IMG/VR virus record: IMGVR_UViG_3300021600_000632
Location: 1 to 57,567 of that record
Direction: 5' to 3' (one strand)
Source: a virus
Lineage: Duplodnaviria > Caudoviricetes
Length of the DNA stretch: 57,567 nucleotides
Part shown: positions 56,893 to 57,567 of the stretch, one piece after another
Numbering within the stretch: position 1 is the first letter of the stretch
How the letters are laid out: each line of letters starts with the position of its first letter
Translations under genes and position numbers: made by a program
The notes under the pieces: model-generated
What the model was told of the DNA's origin: nothing
Database searches by the model: none
Seen by the model: the letters and a program-made list of their open reading frames with translations, nothing else

Positions 56893-57567
56893 CTATTTAT
56901 TTGGTCTAAATATTTTAAATCCTGCCTTCTTTGCCAAACCCATTGCACATGCTCCCTTGTTCTTGGCATCCACACTCTCTGACACATCCAGTAGAATATT
57001 TTGCACTTTTTGAAATCCGATCTGCCGAACAACTCCAACCCATGCTTTGTGATTTTTTTGATCGCCTATCCTGCCCAACAGATAATGCAATTTGCCACTT
57101 TCCTCGTCCGATAGTTTATCCACAGTTTTCTCTGTAACGTTAACGTTGTTTTTATAACTATTAGTATTATTATCGTGTTCGTTTTCGCGAATAGGTAACC
57201 GTTCGCCAAACTGGACAGTTTCGGGATCTTTTGTGTTGTGACTATTCGTATTCGTGAACAGTTCATCGACCTTGGGTAAAAGCCGTACATACAGTCTTTG
57301 ATGAATTATCCGGCAAGCAACATAACCCTCCTTTTCAATTTTTTTAATTCTTGGTGTAATCGCACTTTTGCTTTTAATACGCAATAAAGGCATCTCTTTC
57401 ATAAGATGCTTATAATTCACCCATGTATAACCGTCTTGACGCTCCTTCTCTATTTTTTCATTGAGAGAGGTGCAGATGAAACACAAATATTCAATAATAG
57501 CACTCTCGATAAGATCGAGTTTTGTGTAGGCTAAAACTAATTGATTTATTGTTATCGTGTATTGCAT
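56893..57567 (-). CDS. Phage replication initiator/replisome organiser-like HTH protein
   Basis: N-terminal wHTH (YTWVNY..MPLL.I.S..I..I..EGY), N/T-rich linker, small C-terminal helical domain. Confidence 0.65.
   Translation of the reverse strand: MQYTITINQLVLAYTKLDLIESAIIEYLCFICTSLNEKIEKERQDGYTWVNYKHLMKEMPLLRIKSKSAITPRIKKIEKEGYVACRIIHQRLYVRLLPKVDELFTNTNSHNTKDPETVQFGERLPIRENEHDNNTNSYKNNVNVTEKTVDKLSDEESGKLHYLLGRIGDQKNHKAWVGVVRQIGFQKVQNILLDVSESVDAKNKGACAMGLAKKAGFKIFRPNK

Larger units (their letters stand above)
36290..57567 (-). mobile_element. HK97-type siphovirus prophage; right end outside the window, left end may extend to the recombinase at ~12.3 kb
   Basis: Colinear replication-methylase-terminase-portal-protease-capsid-connector-tail-lysis order. 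Confidence 0.92.

Noticed and set aside
57116-57124. Perfect DnaA box TTATCCACA within the replication gene
   Set aside because: Single copy with no visible iterons; compatible with chance in 57 kb, though a phage origin here is not excluded
1-57567. Many short plus-strand and nested ORFs; tRNA/rRNA genes; alternative genetic code
   Set aside because: Short ORFs are shadows of motif-supported genes; no tRNA or rRNA recognised; TGA acts as a stop with tight gene packing

Overview
AT-rich bacterial DNA (standard code), almost all minus strand. Gene style suggests a Patescibacteria/CPR host, which is an inference. From left to right: (1) an nrdR-nrdD-nrdG anaerobic RNR operon with tandem NrdR boxes, whose glycyl-radical segment is a separate 48-aa ORF; (2) a ~2600-aa secreted protein under a c-di-GMP-II-type riboswitch; (3) a candidate rod-shaped ncRNA, a Xer-like tyrosine recombinase and small accessory genes; (4) a 19.4-kb, 17-gene cluster (15172-34601) in which a MoxR/AAA_5 ATPase, a HExxH+VWA protein and a small coiled-coil protein sit among 14 proteins sharing an N-terminal 'NxNCPQLK' + coiled-coil leader fused to varied C-terminal binding domains (CLec/DGR-target-like, WG-repeat, LRR-like); (5) an HK97-type siphovirus prophage (lysis, tail, head, terminase, methylase, replication) running off the right edge. 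Cluster (4) is the best candidate for an undescribed system. All family calls come from motif reading, not database searches.
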